Part shown: positions 1 to 9,769 of the stretch, piece by piece
Layout of the letters: each line of letters starts with the position of its first letter
Numbering within the stretch: position 1 is the stretch's first letter
NCBI GenBank assembly: GCA_038727095.1
Contig: JAVYWK010000013.1
Coordinates: 1 to 54,986, forward strand
Direction of reading: 5' to 3'
From: Thermofilaceae archaeon
Lineage (GTDB): Archaea; Thermoproteota; Thermoprotei; Thermofilales; Thermofilaceae
Length of the DNA stretch: 54,986 nt
The notes under the pieces: generated by a model
The model's input: the letters and a program-made list of their open reading frames with translations, nothing else
The model's database searches: none
What the model was told of the DNA's origin: nothing
Program-made: the position numbers and the translations under genes

Positions 1-1
1 C

Positions 2-589
2 TACTCCAACGCTGAGATCGCCGACGGGGTCTTCGACGAGCTCCCCTGGTTCAGGAAGACGTTCGAGGCGAAGGTGCGGCTCTCAGCCCTCCACTACGGC
101 TCAGCGGGCTGGGGCTTCTGGAATCACTCGATGGTCTTCGACTTGAGCATGCCGATCTGGTTCATCCACTTGAGGAGCAGGGGACCCTACCTCCTAAACG
201 GCTTCTTCGCTCAAGCGAAAAACCACCTATACCCGGTAAAGCTCTACAGCGGATCCCTAGCCCTCGTGAGCGCGGTCAGCAGGTTAACCGGAGGGAGACT
301 GGGAGTCGTCATCCACTCCGGGAAGCCTGCGATGCAGCAGCTCGACCTGACAACTTGGCACGTGTACAGGGTTGAGTGGGTTGAGGGTAGAGCGCGCTTC
401 TACATCGATGGCCAGCTCGTAGCCCAGCTACCCCTGCCCGGCCCGGAGTACAAAGCTCGCGCGGACTTCTGGATCGACAACGCCGTCTTCGGCTACAACC
501 GGCGCGACGCCGGCCGAGTGTACAGGCACCTGACGCAGGAGAACAGATCCAGGACGTACTTAGAGGTCGATTACGTAAAAGTTTTTTAA
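2..589 (+). CDS. GH16/concanavalin A-like (LamG) beta-sandwich protein, 5'-truncated by the window edge
   Basis: Frame is open from base 2 (YSNAEIADG...FEAKVRL). Contains the WHVYRVEW...FYIDG and LEVDYVKVF end motifs typical of the GH16/LamG fold; the ExDxxE catalytic motif is not evident. Confidence 0.55.
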   Translation, partial: YSNAEIADGVFDELPWFRKTFEAKVRLSALHYGSAGWGFWNHSMVFDLSMPIWFIHLRSRGPYLLNGFFAQAKNHLYPVKLYSGSLALVSAVSRLTGGRLGVVIHSGKPAMQQLDLTTWHVYRVEWVEGRARFYIDGQLVAQLPLPGPEYKARADFWIDNAVFGYNRRDAGRVYRHLTQENRSRTYLEVDYVKVF

Positions 590-635
590 AGAAAGCATTA
601 ATACCGTAAGCGATGCTGATAAAGAATTAGGAAGT

Positions 636-642
636 TTTATAT
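636..642 (+). promoter_or_regulatory. Archaeal TATA box for the ferritin-like gene
   Basis: TTTATAT with a purine-rich BRE-like segment about 25 nt upstream of GTG 665. Confidence 0.55.
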
Positions 643-664
643 ACGTTTCCCTTACGAAGGTCGC

Positions 665-1153
665 GTGGAGGAGCACCACGTAGTCGATGCTCTGAGGTGT
701 GTGATCCTGCTTGAGGAAGCCGTCGCGGACCTATACGATCGTTTAGCCCGGCTGGTCAAGATCGTTGAGTGCTCCGCAGCGTTGGCTTTCGTAGCGAGGG
801 AAAGCTCAAACCACGCGGCGCTCCTAAAGAGCCTTTACGGTGAACCGTTGTCGGAGAAGTGCCCGCAGATACTGGGTACGGCTGGAGCCACCACCCTTTC
901 AAGGATTAGAGAGGCAGCAGCGAAGCTGGACGCTGGTTGGACGCCTAGCCACAGGCAGGTGGCTGAGCTCCTCGAAGAGCTGAACGACGTGGAACGCTTG
1001 GTTGGTGAAGAGGTTTACACACAGATAGCAGCCGCTGTTCTCTCCACCCGGTTCTCGCGGCTCCAAGGGGAGCTGTTGATGTCGATGGCTGAGGAGGAGA
1101 AGCGGCACTACGAAATCGTAAGGATTGTTGCGGAAGAGCTTAAGAAGCAATAA
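665..1153 (+). CDS. Ferritin-like/rubrerythrin-family diiron protein
   Basis: Paired LEE...LY...ESSNH and E...Y...EEKRH motifs of a four-helix-bundle diiron site. Confidence 0.75.
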   Translation: MEEHHVVDALRCVILLEEAVADLYDRLARLVKIVECSAALAFVARESSNHAALLKSLYGEPLSEKCPQILGTAGATTLSRIREAAAKLDAGWTPSHRQVAELLEELNDVERLVGEEVYTQIAAAVLSTRFSRLQGELLMSMAEEEKRHYEIVRIVAEELKKQ

Positions 1154-1174
1154 ACCCTGCGGCGAGCTTAACGG

Positions 1175-1828
1175 CTACTTGACGTAAAGGTAGGATCGAA
1201 CGCTATCGAGCACGGCCCAGCGCTCGCCCACCAGCTTCGCTCCGGATACTGTCGTCAAGCTCGAGGTCGTGAATACGATCAAACCCCCTTTTCTGGCAAC
1301 CCTCACACCGTCCTGGAGCATGGCGTTGAGTAACTCCAGCTGCGAGCCCCCGCACGCCGCCGTACCAGCAGGCCCTTCTGGCGGCAGAGGAAGGTATGGC
1401 GGGTTGATGACTACGAAGTCGAATGAGTCGCCCCTCAGAGCCTGCGCGTTGACGCAAGCCACAGCGTGGAAGAGAGGGTCGAGGTTATTCCTCCTAGCGT
1501 TTAGCCCGGCCTCCCTCAAGCACCTCAGATCCACATCAGTCCCGACGATTTCAACCCCCAGCGACCCCACCAACGCTAGAGCGAGGGAGCCCACACCAGT
1601 GCCGATTTCGCAGCCCAACTTGCACCCCTTTACAGCGTCGAGGGCCGTGTCGTAGAGGAGGCTCGTCGATACAAAAGTCGGCGCGAAGCAGCCCTTCGGC
1701 ACAACCACCTCAACCCCCTTAAACCTGAAGCGGCCGTGAACGGCTCCGACCAGCACGTTCAACACGCGAAGCGCAAGCTTAGCGCGAACCACGCTCACGA
1801 GGTCACGCCTCGGCTCAACCCTCAGCAT
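1175..1828 (-). CDS. HemK/PrmC-like SAM-dependent methyltransferase
   Basis: Motif I EIGTGVG and INPPY motif. Confidence 0.8.
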   Translation of the reverse strand: MLRVEPRRDLVSVVRAKLALRVLNVLVGAVHGRFRFKGVEVVVPKGCFAPTFVSTSLLYDTALDAVKGCKLGCEIGTGVGSLALALVGSLGVEIVGTDVDLRCLREAGLNARRNNLDPLFHAVACVNAQALRGDSFDFVVINPPYLPLPPEGPAGTAACGGSQLELLNAMLQDGVRVARKGGLIVFTTSSLTTVSGAKLVGERWAVLDSVRSYLYVK

Positions 1829-2205
1829 CGAGACACCCCAGCCGGTCCGTCAACATCTGCCGAGCCATAGGCTTTTTCACTTTACTGCTGAGCGCTCGCA
1901 ACGTTAGCCAGCACACCCAGCGAGCCAGACAACCGAATCCGCGAGCACCGTCTTCAGTATCCAGTTAAGAGAGTTCTCCCTTAGCTACCATGATTAATGG
2001 GTTAACGGCATAGTTCACTACTCTCTACCATGTGCTTATCCACGGAGATCCTCTTAGCGAGGCTGGACGTGGAGTTGAGGTCTGCTAACACGAAGTCGAA
2101 GGTTTCGTCCCTCGAGAACCTGCTGCGGACGTTGAGAAAATAGGTTTCAAAATGATATCAAATGATATAGAGAAAAATGATATATAGACAAATCTCGAAT
2201 AATCT

Positions 2206-2460
2206 TTGATAGCTGTGGAACGCTGGGATGTGGGAATTAGGTTCTTACACCTAGGATGTCGTGTGGCAGTCTTAGACCGCGTGGTACAGGGAGGCTATCG
2301 CTCTAGAGGGTACTACGGTAAATCCACGTTCTGCCACCCAGAGCCTCGAGCGTATTGTGAGCAGAAACGTATTGCTAGACCAATGGTTTGCGTAAGGTGG
2401 ATGTTCGAGCAGAGGGAGTGGATGTTTTCGGTCGGTACAAGCGCGGGTGGTGCAGCATGA
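2206..2460 (+). CDS. Small 4-Cys hypothetical protein (84 aa)
   Basis: TATATA at 2181-2186 lies about 20-25 nt before the TTG; the stop overlaps the ATG of the next gene (ATGA at 2457-2460). Confidence 0.5.
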   Translation: MIAVERWDVGIRFLHLGCRVAVLDRVVQGGYRSRGYYGKSTFCHPEPRAYCEQKRIARPMVCVRWMFEQREWMFSVGTSAGGAA

Positions 2461-3542
2461 GGAGACTGGTAACCGGTTCGCCGAGACGAGACCCAAAAAT
2501 CATCGCGGCGGTTGTCCTGATTCTGGCGGCTGCCATTAGCCTCTGCGCCCTTGCAATCTATGGGTTAAGGCAGAAAGCTATTGACGATGAACGTGGCGCG
2601 GCCAGCGGCTCGATCAATACACCCGGGGAGGAGACTCCGCTTCAGGAGTCAGAGGATCTTGTAGGTGAACGCTATTTACAAGAGCTGAGTGCGTGCAGCG
2701 GCTTACAGCTGGGGGATAGGGACGTCCTGATTCTTGAGTACCGGTTCACCCCACCCGATGGAATTTTGATTCTTGAGGAGGAGGGTCGCGACTTCATCGC
2801 GTCTGCTGGAGGTGCCCTGCTCACAGTAGAGGTCAGCAGAATGGGGGGAGGCTACCGGGTTCTGTTCAGGTTGACGTACAAGGGTGTTGGGCTCCGTCCA
2901 GTAGAGGGGGAACCGCCGGAAGAGTGGGAGAGGGTCGAGCTCAGCGTTGTTAGGGAGCTCCCTACGGTCTACGATCCGGGTCGCGGCTACAGCCTGCTGA
3001 ACGGCACCCTGCTGGGCCGCTTATTCCCCCTATTCGAGCGTGGTGAGACACTGTCGATCGATTACCTCTGGGCGAAGCCCGGTGAAAGGTACGAGTTGGA
3101 GAGGCTGCGCGCCGTCAGCGCGCGCTTAGTGGACATCACTGTCTGGGACTTAGAGAGGAGGGTAGCGCTGGTGCTCAACGGTTCACGGGTGGTCGCGTCC
3201 ATGCCTTTCGACGAGGTTCACAATAGGAGCTACGTCGAGGATACGATCAGGAGGACTGAGAAGCGCAGAGCTATTAGCGGCTGCCCGAACCTCCTCGCCT
3301 CCGCCAACTACGCGAGCGTTCTGAGGGAAGCGCAACTACGCGTGATCATCGATTACCCCACGTCCATCCCCACGTTCATCCTGATGGAGGGGGCCGCCAG
3401 GTACATGCCCGGCGGAAAGTACACGCGAAACGGTAAGCCGGTGGAGGAGCTCCCCGCCTCGCTCCTAGCCGAGCTCCTCGGTATACGCTCAACGACGCTA
3501 GCGCTGGAGCTCGAGGAAATCCGCCTCGAGAGAAGCGGGTAG
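2457..3542 (+). CDS. N-terminally membrane-anchored extracellular hypothetical protein
   Basis: ATG 2457 follows a GGTGGTG SD-like site; basic N-terminus plus hydrophobic helix (IIAAVVLILAAAISLCALAIY); resembles the protein at 11440-12819. Confidence 0.75.
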   Translation: MRRLVTGSPRRDPKIIAAVVLILAAAISLCALAIYGLRQKAIDDERGAASGSINTPGEETPLQESEDLVGERYLQELSACSGLQLGDRDVLILEYRFTPPDGILILEEEGRDFIASAGGALLTVEVSRMGGGYRVLFRLTYKGVGLRPVEGEPPEEWERVELSVVRELPTVYDPGRGYSLLNGTLLGRLFPLFERGETLSIDYLWAKPGERYELERLRAVSARLVDITVWDLERRVALVLNGSRVVASMPFDEVHNRSYVEDTIRRTEKRRAISGCPNLLASANYASVLREAQLRVIIDYPTSIPTFILMEGAARYMPGGKYTRNGKPVEELPASLLAELLGIRSTTLALELEEIRLERSG

Positions 3543-3657
3543 CCTTAGACCTATTCAAATCTACACCCCAGCAGTATGAGCTGTCGCAGGGTTAGCTTTC
3601 ACTCTCGTAGCACTACCTGCCGGCTCGATGGTGAGCGTATGCTTCGAGCGTTGAGCT

Positions 3658-4485
3658 TCACTGGGTGTGCTTGAGGAGCCAGTCGACTAGATCGGCGAGG
3701 ACTTTGTCCCTCTCAACCTCGTTGAAGATCTCGTGCCTCAACCCCTCGTAGATCCTCAAGGTCTTATCGGGTGAGGATAGGGTTTCGTAGAGCCTGCGCG
3801 AAGCCGAGGGCGGGACGATTTGATCGTCTCCCCCGTGCATGATGAGCGCCGGCAGGCTGATCCGCCTGGCAGCCTCCCAGGCTCGGGGGACCGCTCTACC
3901 GAACTCCACGAGCAGCTTGAGGGTCGGATCCTTGAAGACGAGCGGGTCGCTCAGGTACTGCTGGGCCACGCTCGGGTCCTTCGAGAGGAGCTCCGCTCGC
4001 ACGGGCGTCGCTATCCTGGCGCGGGGCCTTAAGGCGGCCATGAGCTGCAGCATGATCCTCGTGGTAGCGCTGACCTTCAGCTCCACAGCCGCGCCGCTCG
4101 TGATAAGCCCGGACAGCTCACCGCCGATCCTCGGCGCGGTTAGAACAGCTATCAGCCCACCCATGCTGTGCCCGAGCAGGAAGGTTCTAGCACCGGTCTC
4201 TCGATGGGCGTACCGCACGAACGCCTCGGTGTCCTCGACGAACTGGTCGAAGCGCTCGACGTAGCCGCGGGGCGCCTCGCTGCGGCCGTGCCCCCTCAGA
4301 TCGTACATGTAGAGGGCGAAGCCGCGCTCCGCTAGGTAGCGGCCGACGTGGTCGTACCTGCCGGCGTGCTCCGCGAAACCGTGAACGCCGACGACGAGGG
4401 CCTTCGGTGCAGCCTCGGGAAGCCACTTGTAGGCGACAGTCGCCAGGCCCGTCGCGAGCGTTACACGCTCCTGCAGGGCCGGCAC
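3658..4485 (-). CDS. Alpha/beta hydrolase, lysophospholipase/monoacylglycerol lipase family
   Basis: HGFAEH, DLRGHG, GHSMGG nucleophile elbow, HGGDD and RHEIFNE. GTG 4485 is the likely start because the longer ORF would overlap the divergent gene. Confidence 0.9.
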   Translation of the reverse strand: MPALQERVTLATGLATVAYKWLPEAAPKALVVGVHGFAEHAGRYDHVGRYLAERGFALYMYDLRGHGRSEAPRGYVERFDQFVEDTEAFVRYAHRETGARTFLLGHSMGGLIAVLTAPRIGGELSGLITSGAAVELKVSATTRIMLQLMAALRPRARIATPVRAELLSKDPSVAQQYLSDPLVFKDPTLKLLVEFGRAVPRAWEAARRISLPALIMHGGDDQIVPPSASRRLYETLSSPDKTLRIYEGLRHEIFNEVERDKVLADLVDWLLKHTQ

Positions 4486-4543
4486 ATGGTCTAGGCCCGA
4501 TGCTACGTAAAAAACATTAACTCCCAGCTGAGCTGTAGCGAGC

Positions 4544-4981
4544 ATGTTCGGAAGGGTCACTCAAGTGGCGATCGTCGTCAGAGACATCGAGAGGGCGGCT
4601 ACGCTCTGGGCAAGGCTGCTCGGCGTGGAGAAGCCGAGCATAATCGAGACGGAGGAGTGGGAGAAGACCGGCATGACCTACAGGGGCGCCCCGTCCAGGG
4701 CGAGGGCCAAGCTAGCCTTCTTCAACCTGGGGAGCATCACCATCGAGCTGATCGAGCCCATCGGAGGCCCCAGCACTTGGAGCGAGTTCCTCGAGCAGCA
4801 GGGCGAGGGGATCCATCACATCGCCTTCGTCGTGGACGACATGGAGGCGGCTGTAAGAAGGCTGGAGGAGCTTGGAGGCAAGCTGGTGCAGAAGGGGGAT
4901 TTCGAGGGTGGATCCTACGCCTACGTCGACGCCAGGTCGAGCCTCGGGGCGATAGTGGAGCTCCTCACCTTCAAGCGCTAG
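4544..4981 (+). CDS. VOC family protein (methylmalonyl-CoA epimerase/glyoxalase-like)
   Basis: QVAIVVRD, IELIEP, GEGIHHIAFVVDD and C-terminal VEL metal-ligand motifs. Confidence 0.85.
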   Translation: MFGRVTQVAIVVRDIERAATLWARLLGVEKPSIIETEEWEKTGMTYRGAPSRARAKLAFFNLGSITIELIEPIGGPSTWSEFLEQQGEGIHHIAFVVDDMEAAVRRLEELGGKLVQKGDFEGGSYAYVDARSSLGAIVELLTFKR

Positions 4982-6018
4982 CCCCTGAGCCAGCGCATCT
5001 CCCCCATCACTTTTTCCAGTTCGGCTGCGAAGAAGCCGACAGCGTAATCGCTGACGCCGCCCACCCACAGCAGCTTCCCCCGGTAAAGGATTAAGCCGTC
5101 GCCGAAGATGACGAGCGGCCGATCCCCGTACTCCTCCACGATCCCCTTCGGGGCGAGCAGGTAGTCGCTCACGGCCAGGAGCTCGCCGCCGCCGTCGAGG
5201 AGGGCGAACCCCTCCCTGTACGAGTAGTCGCCCCTCAGCACCCCGTGCCAACCGACCAGGTACTCGTTGCTCGACAGCTGAACCACGTTCGTCGACCACC
5301 CCACCTTGAACTCCCACTCCTCGTGCGCGAGCACGGGCTCCATCGACTCCGCCTCGATCGCCAGCCGGTCCAGGGATGCAGTACCCCTCCAGCAGACTTC
5401 AACATCGCCCAGCGTCGGCCTACACAGCAGCACGGCTCCACCGCCCTCCATCCGGAGTATCGCGCTGTCCTTCATCTTCGGGGCGAACGAGCCCTCCGCC
5501 CCCTCGATTCGGAGGTAGCCCCTACTCAGGACCTCCAAGTTGCTGCCGAGCTTGGCCAAGCCTTGAACCCACTTCAGCTCTAAACCGCTTGCCGCGTGGT
5601 GGTAGCCGAAGCCGGTGTAGAGCACGAGGAAGCCGTCAGGCTGGCTGTAAACCCTCGCGTCCTCGCACCCCCTGAACTCCCACAGCTCCTTCGGCCAGAG
5701 AACCACCCGGGCCGACAGAGGTTTCTCGAGCTCCCCCGAGAGTAGGCGCTCCACGTCGACCGTGAAGAGGCAGATGCTGGACGTGTAGTTGTAGTAGTCG
5801 AAGACCGTGCGCGGGAAGACCAGCAGCTCCCTCCCCCTCAGAGCCGCGCCCGGGTTGAAGGCCGCGACAGGCCTGCGGGGGTAGTTTGCGACGACCAGGT
5901 CTGAGGGGAAGACGTAGGCGATCCTCTCGAAGACGTCGCGCGTTCTAGGCGACCTCAACCCTCTGAGCTCGCGCATCTTCGCTAGAGCCCTTTCCCTCAA
6001 GCGGTCCTCCAGCGCCAC
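4978..6018 (-). CDS. GH130-like five-bladed beta-propeller glycosidase/phosphorylase
   Basis: FNPGA, GCEDAR, LYTG, KD, WE..KVGW and P.VIF..G motifs. Confidence 0.8.
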   Translation of the reverse strand: MALEDRLRERALAKMRELRGLRSPRTRDVFERIAYVFPSDLVVANYPRRPVAAFNPGAALRGRELLVFPRTVFDYYNYTSSICLFTVDVERLLSGELEKPLSARVVLWPKELWEFRGCEDARVYSQPDGFLVLYTGFGYHHAASGLELKWVQGLAKLGSNLEVLSRGYLRIEGAEGSFAPKMKDSAILRMEGGGAVLLCRPTLGDVEVCWRGTASLDRLAIEAESMEPVLAHEEWEFKVGWSTNVVQLSSNEYLVGWHGVLRGDYSYREGFALLDGGGELLAVSDYLLAPKGIVEEYGDRPLVIFGDGLILYRGKLLWVGGVSDYAVGFFAAELEKVMGEMRWLRG

Positions 6019-6048
6019 GGAGGCTCCACCAACGACTGGTAGAAAAGG

Positions 6049-7344
6049 CTATAGGCCGGCGGCCCTATTCACCCTCCTCCAGTAGGATGCGTAGAACGGG
6101 TTGAGGCACCGGCCGGGCTCGACGCGCTGCAGCCACTTCTCCTCCACCCTCGCAGCCGCCTCAAAGGCCTCGAGCGTCAACCTCCTGAATGCCTCAGCGG
6201 ATGCTTCACCCTTGAGGTACGCCTCCCTCAGGCTCAGCGCTCTAGCGTGGAACTCCCTCTCGAGCTCCCCCATCTCGGCGGCTATGTGCGGAGCGTAGCG
6301 CCGGTAGCTGAAGTTGATCCTCCTGCTCAACGCCTCGTGCCTCCACCAGTAGCTTCTCCCACCGTCATACCTGCCGGTGGGCACGGGCCCCAAATCGGGC
6401 AGCCCGGCGTCGAGGAGCACGGGCTTGAACATGCCGATGCAGGGGGTGGACGTGCCGGTGGTGAAGGCGAGGGGCGCTCTATCGTACAGCAGCGCTATAA
6501 GGGAGCAGGCCGTCTGAGAGGGCCTCGTGAGCCCGCCAGCGTGCATGCACACGTCCCTCATGGACCCCCTGCAAGGATCGTACGGCTCGAACGAGTGGCT
6601 CCGGAGCAGGCTGGCGATGAAGAAGAAGTCTATGGACCCCCTCGCCCCCCTGAGCTTCCCCTCGGTGAAGGCCTGCCTCTTCCTCCCCCTCGCCATCCTC
6701 GTGTAGAACCAATTCGAGAACCTCCCGGCGAAGTTGAACTCCCCCCTTGAGGCGAGCTCTGAAACCCCCTTCGAGGCCAGATCCCAGTCGGATCCTATCG
6801 AGAGGGCGTTTGAGATGGAGCCCACCTCCCTGACGCGCCTCGCCACCCACTCGCGCCCGGCAGTCTCGAGGATCCACGCCTCACCGGGGTCGGCGATGAG
6901 GAAGGAGTTGTGGTAGTAGAAGCCCCTGGTCGCGCTGCAGCTGCCCCCCTGCCCGTGCTCCTCGAGGAGGCGCGTGATCCAGTCAACCGCCTCCCTGGCG
7001 CTCCTACTCCTCTCCAGCGCGAGCCTGACGAGGTCCATGCCGGTCAACCCTGTCCTGGCGTATGGCACCCTGGTGAAGACGGCCTCGTTCCCGATAGCGA
7101 CGCCGTGCTCGTTCACCCCCATCTCCGCACCCCACATCCAGTACGGTCGGCAGATGAGCACCGCGTACACCTCGTCCACCTGCTCGACCTCAACGTAGGT
7201 GCACTTCACCCTCTCCTCCACCGCCCGCCTGCGCGGGTGATACTCCACCACTTGCGCCTCGTTGGGCTCGCGGTCGCTGTTCTTCGCGAAGATCGTCACC
7301 CCCTCCCGGGTCGCGCCCCTCAGCGCGACGAGCGTGTCGCACAT
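6049..7344 (-). CDS. Peptidase C69 (dipeptidase/secernin) Ntn-hydrolase
   Basis: N-terminal M-C-D-T nucleophile, AKNSDREPNE, WGAEMGVNEHGVAIGNE and GMDLVRLALER. Confidence 0.9.
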   Translation of the reverse strand: MCDTLVALRGATREGVTIFAKNSDREPNEAQVVEYHPRRRAVEERVKCTYVEVEQVDEVYAVLICRPYWMWGAEMGVNEHGVAIGNEAVFTRVPYARTGLTGMDLVRLALERSRSAREAVDWITRLLEEHGQGGSCSATRGFYYHNSFLIADPGEAWILETAGREWVARRVREVGSISNALSIGSDWDLASKGVSELASRGEFNFAGRFSNWFYTRMARGRKRQAFTEGKLRGARGSIDFFFIASLLRSHSFEPYDPCRGSMRDVCMHAGGLTRPSQTACSLIALLYDRAPLAFTTGTSTPCIGMFKPVLLDAGLPDLGPVPTGRYDGGRSYWWRHEALSRRINFSYRRYAPHIAAEMGELEREFHARALSLREAYLKGEASAEAFRRLTLEAFEAAARVEEKWLQRVEPGRCLNPFYASYWRRVNRAAGL

Positions 7345-7403
7345 GCCGCTGGTACGCCCCTGAGGACCGTATAATAGGCTTCCGCACTGTTTTTAACCGG
7401 CTG

Positions 7404-9635
7404 ATGGAGGGGGCGCCGATGACGGAACCCTACAGGGATCCGAGGAGGCCGGTGGAGGAGCGCGTCGAGGATCTGCTCAGGAGGATGACGCTCGAGGAGA
7501 AGGTTGGGCAGCTGTGCCAGTACAGCGCCCACTTCGGCCCCACCGAGGAGTTGAAGGAGTTGATTAGGAAAGGGCTGGTGGGCTCCCTCCTCAACATAAC
7601 GGGTGTCGAGCGGGTCAACGAGGTTCAGCGGGTTGCCGTTGAAGAGTCCAGGCTGGGCATCCCGCTGCTCATCGGCTTGGACGTGATACACGGCTACAAG
7701 ACGGTCTTCCCCATCCCCCTCGCCCTAGCGAGCAGCTGGGACCCGGAGGTCGTGAGGAGGGCCGCCGAGATCGCGGCCCGCGAAGCCTCGGCTGAGGGTG
7801 TGAAGTGGACGTTCGCCCCCATGCTCGACATCGCGAGGGACCCGCGCTGGGGTCGGATCGCGGAGGGCTTCGGCGAAGACCCCTACCTCGCCTCCGTGAT
7901 GGCCTGGGCCGCGGTGAAGGGCTTCCAGGGCGAGCGGCTGTCGAGCGACCCCGAGAGGATAGCGGCCTGCGCGAAGCACTACGTAGCCTACGGGGCGGCT
8001 GAGGGCGGCAGGGACTACAACACGGTCGACATCTCTGAGAGGACGCTGCGCGAGGTCTACCTGCCGCCATTCAAGTCTGCCGTAGCTGCCGGAGTCGCCA
8101 CGGTGATGAGCGCCTTCAACGACCTGTGCGGCGTGCCAGCGTCGGCGAACGAGTTCACGCTCAGGAGAGTGCTGAAGGGCGAGTGGGGGTTCAGGGGCTT
8201 CGTCGTCAGCGACTGGAACGCGGTTGGAGAGCTGATCCAGCACGGGATCGCAGCCGACGGGGCTGAGGCGGCTCGGCTCGCGGTGGAGGCGGGCGTGGAC
8301 ATGGACATGGTCTCCGACCTCTACCGCAGGCACCTCGCCGAGCTCGTCAGGAGGGGCGTGGTGCCGGAGAGCCTGATCGACGAGGCGGTCAGGAGGGTCC
8401 TCCGGGTGAAGTTCCTGCTCGGCCTCTTCGAGAACCCGTACGCCGACCCCGAGAGGGCGAGGAGGGTCGTGAAGTGCAGGGAGCACGTGGAGGCGGCGCT
8501 CGAGATCGCGAGGAAGTGCATCGTCCTCGTCAAGAACGAGGGAGTCCTACCCCTCAGCAAGAGCCTGCGCAGGATCGCCGTGATCGGGCCCCTCGCCGAC
8601 GACCGCGACGCCGTCCTCGGCTGCTGGCGCGCCCTGGGCGACCCTGGCGACGCCGTCAGCGTGCTCGAGGGGGTGAGGAGGAAGGTGGGGTCAGCTACAG
8701 AAGTGCTGTACGCGAAGGGCTGCGACGTGAGCTCCCAGGATCGGAGCGGCTTCGCGGAGGCCGTGGAGGCGGCGAAGAGGTCGGACGCGGTCGTGCTCGT
8801 CGTGGGGGAGAGCGCCGACATGAGCGGTGAAGCCGCTTCGAGAGCCCACCTCGATCTACCCGGGGTGCAGGAGGAGCTCGTGAAAACCGTCTGGGAGGCC
8901 GTGGGCGGCAGGATCCCCGTCGTCATGGTCGTCATGTCGGGTCGGCCCCTCACCATCAAGTGGGCGGCGGAGCACATCCCCGCCATCGTGGTCGCGTGGC
9001 ACCTGGGCGTGAGGGCGGGCGACGCCGTAGCTGACGTCCTCTTCGGCGACTACAACCCGGGCGGGAAGCTCCCCGTGACGTGGCCGAGGGCGGTCGGGCA
9101 AGTGCCGATCTACTACAACCACAAGCGCACGGGTAGGCCTCCGAGCGCCGAGCGCTTCACCTCCAAGTACATCGACGAGGACTGGAGGCCCCTCTTCCCC
9201 TTCGGGCACGGGCTCAGCTACACGAGGTTCGAGTACAGCGACTTGAGGGTCGAGCCGGAGAAGGTGGAGCCCGGCGGAACCGTCACGATCAGCTTCGAGC
9301 TGGCCAACGCGGGCGAAAGGGAGGGCGATGAGGTGGCGCAGCTGTACGTGAGGGACGTGGTTGCCAGCGTGACGCGGCCGGTGATGGAGCTGAAGGGCTT
9401 CAAGAGGGTGACGCTGAAGCCGGGCGAGCGGAGGAGGATCGTGTTCAAGCTACCAACGCAGCTGCTCGCCTTCTACGGCCGCGACATGAAGCCCCGCATC
9501 GAGGCTGGGTTGTACGAGGTCATGGTCGGCTCCTCCTCGGCCGACATCAGGCTGAAGGGCAGCTTCGAAGTGCTGCGGACGCTGATTCTCGAGGAGGACG
9601 GCAGGGTCTGGTTCACCGAAGCGCAGGTGCTCTAA
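7404..9635 (+). CDS. bglX: GH3 beta-glucosidase (BglX-type), cytoplasmic
   Basis: MTLEEKVGQ, DVIHG, RDPRWGR, GEDP, KHY, VVSDW nucleophile, PGGKLP and a C-terminal Fn3-like domain; no signal peptide. Confidence 0.93.
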   Translation: MEGAPMTEPYRDPRRPVEERVEDLLRRMTLEEKVGQLCQYSAHFGPTEELKELIRKGLVGSLLNITGVERVNEVQRVAVEESRLGIPLLIGLDVIHGYKTVFPIPLALASSWDPEVVRRAAEIAAREASAEGVKWTFAPMLDIARDPRWGRIAEGFGEDPYLASVMAWAAVKGFQGERLSSDPERIAACAKHYVAYGAAEGGRDYNTVDISERTLREVYLPPFKSAVAAGVATVMSAFNDLCGVPASANEFTLRRVLKGEWGFRGFVVSDWNAVGELIQHGIAADGAEAARLAVEAGVDMDMVSDLYRRHLAELVRRGVVPESLIDEAVRRVLRVKFLLGLFENPYADPERARRVVKCREHVEAALEIARKCIVLVKNEGVLPLSKSLRRIAVIGPLADDRDAVLGCWRALGDPGDAVSVLEGVRRKVGSATEVLYAKGCDVSSQDRSGFAEAVEAAKRSDAVVLVVGESADMSGEAASRAHLDLPGVQEELVKTVWEAVGGRIPVVMVVMSGRPLTIKWAAEHIPAIVVAWHLGVRAGDAVADVLFGDYNPGGKLPVTWPRAVGQVPIYYNHKRTGRPPSAERFTSKYIDEDWRPLFPFGHGLSYTRFEYSDLRVEPEKVEPGGTVTISFELANAGEREGDEVAQLYVRDVVASVTRPVMELKGFKRVTLKPGERRRIVFKLPTQLLAFYGRDMKPRIEAGLYEVMVGSSSADIRLKGSFEVLRTLILEEDGRVWFTEAQVL

Positions 9636-9637
9636 AC

Positions 9638-9769
9638 TCAACCGCTTCCTTCCACCTCCCTTAGGAGGAGGGAGAGCAGCTTCAGCGCCTGCGATCCAGC
9701 GGCTACGATCGCCATCGTCAGCGCAACCCCCTTCACCATCTCCAGCACGGCCGCAACGACGTCGTGCAT
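9638..9769 (-). CDS. Small single-pass membrane peptide, 43 aa (MHDVVAAVLEMVKGVALTMAIVAAGSQALKLLSLLLREVEGSG)
   Basis: Fills the intergenic gap with host-like codon usage; TTTTAAA (minus strand, 9793-9799) lies about 25 nt upstream of the ATG. Below the ORF-track length cutoff. Confidence 0.6.
   Translation of the reverse strand: MHDVVAAVLEMVKGVALTMAIVAAGSQALKLLSLLLREVEGSG

Noticed and set aside
2003-2143. 37-aa + strand ORF (2030-2143) and an open minus-strand frame
   Set aside because: No motif or convincing start; possibly a gene remnant, but unsupported.
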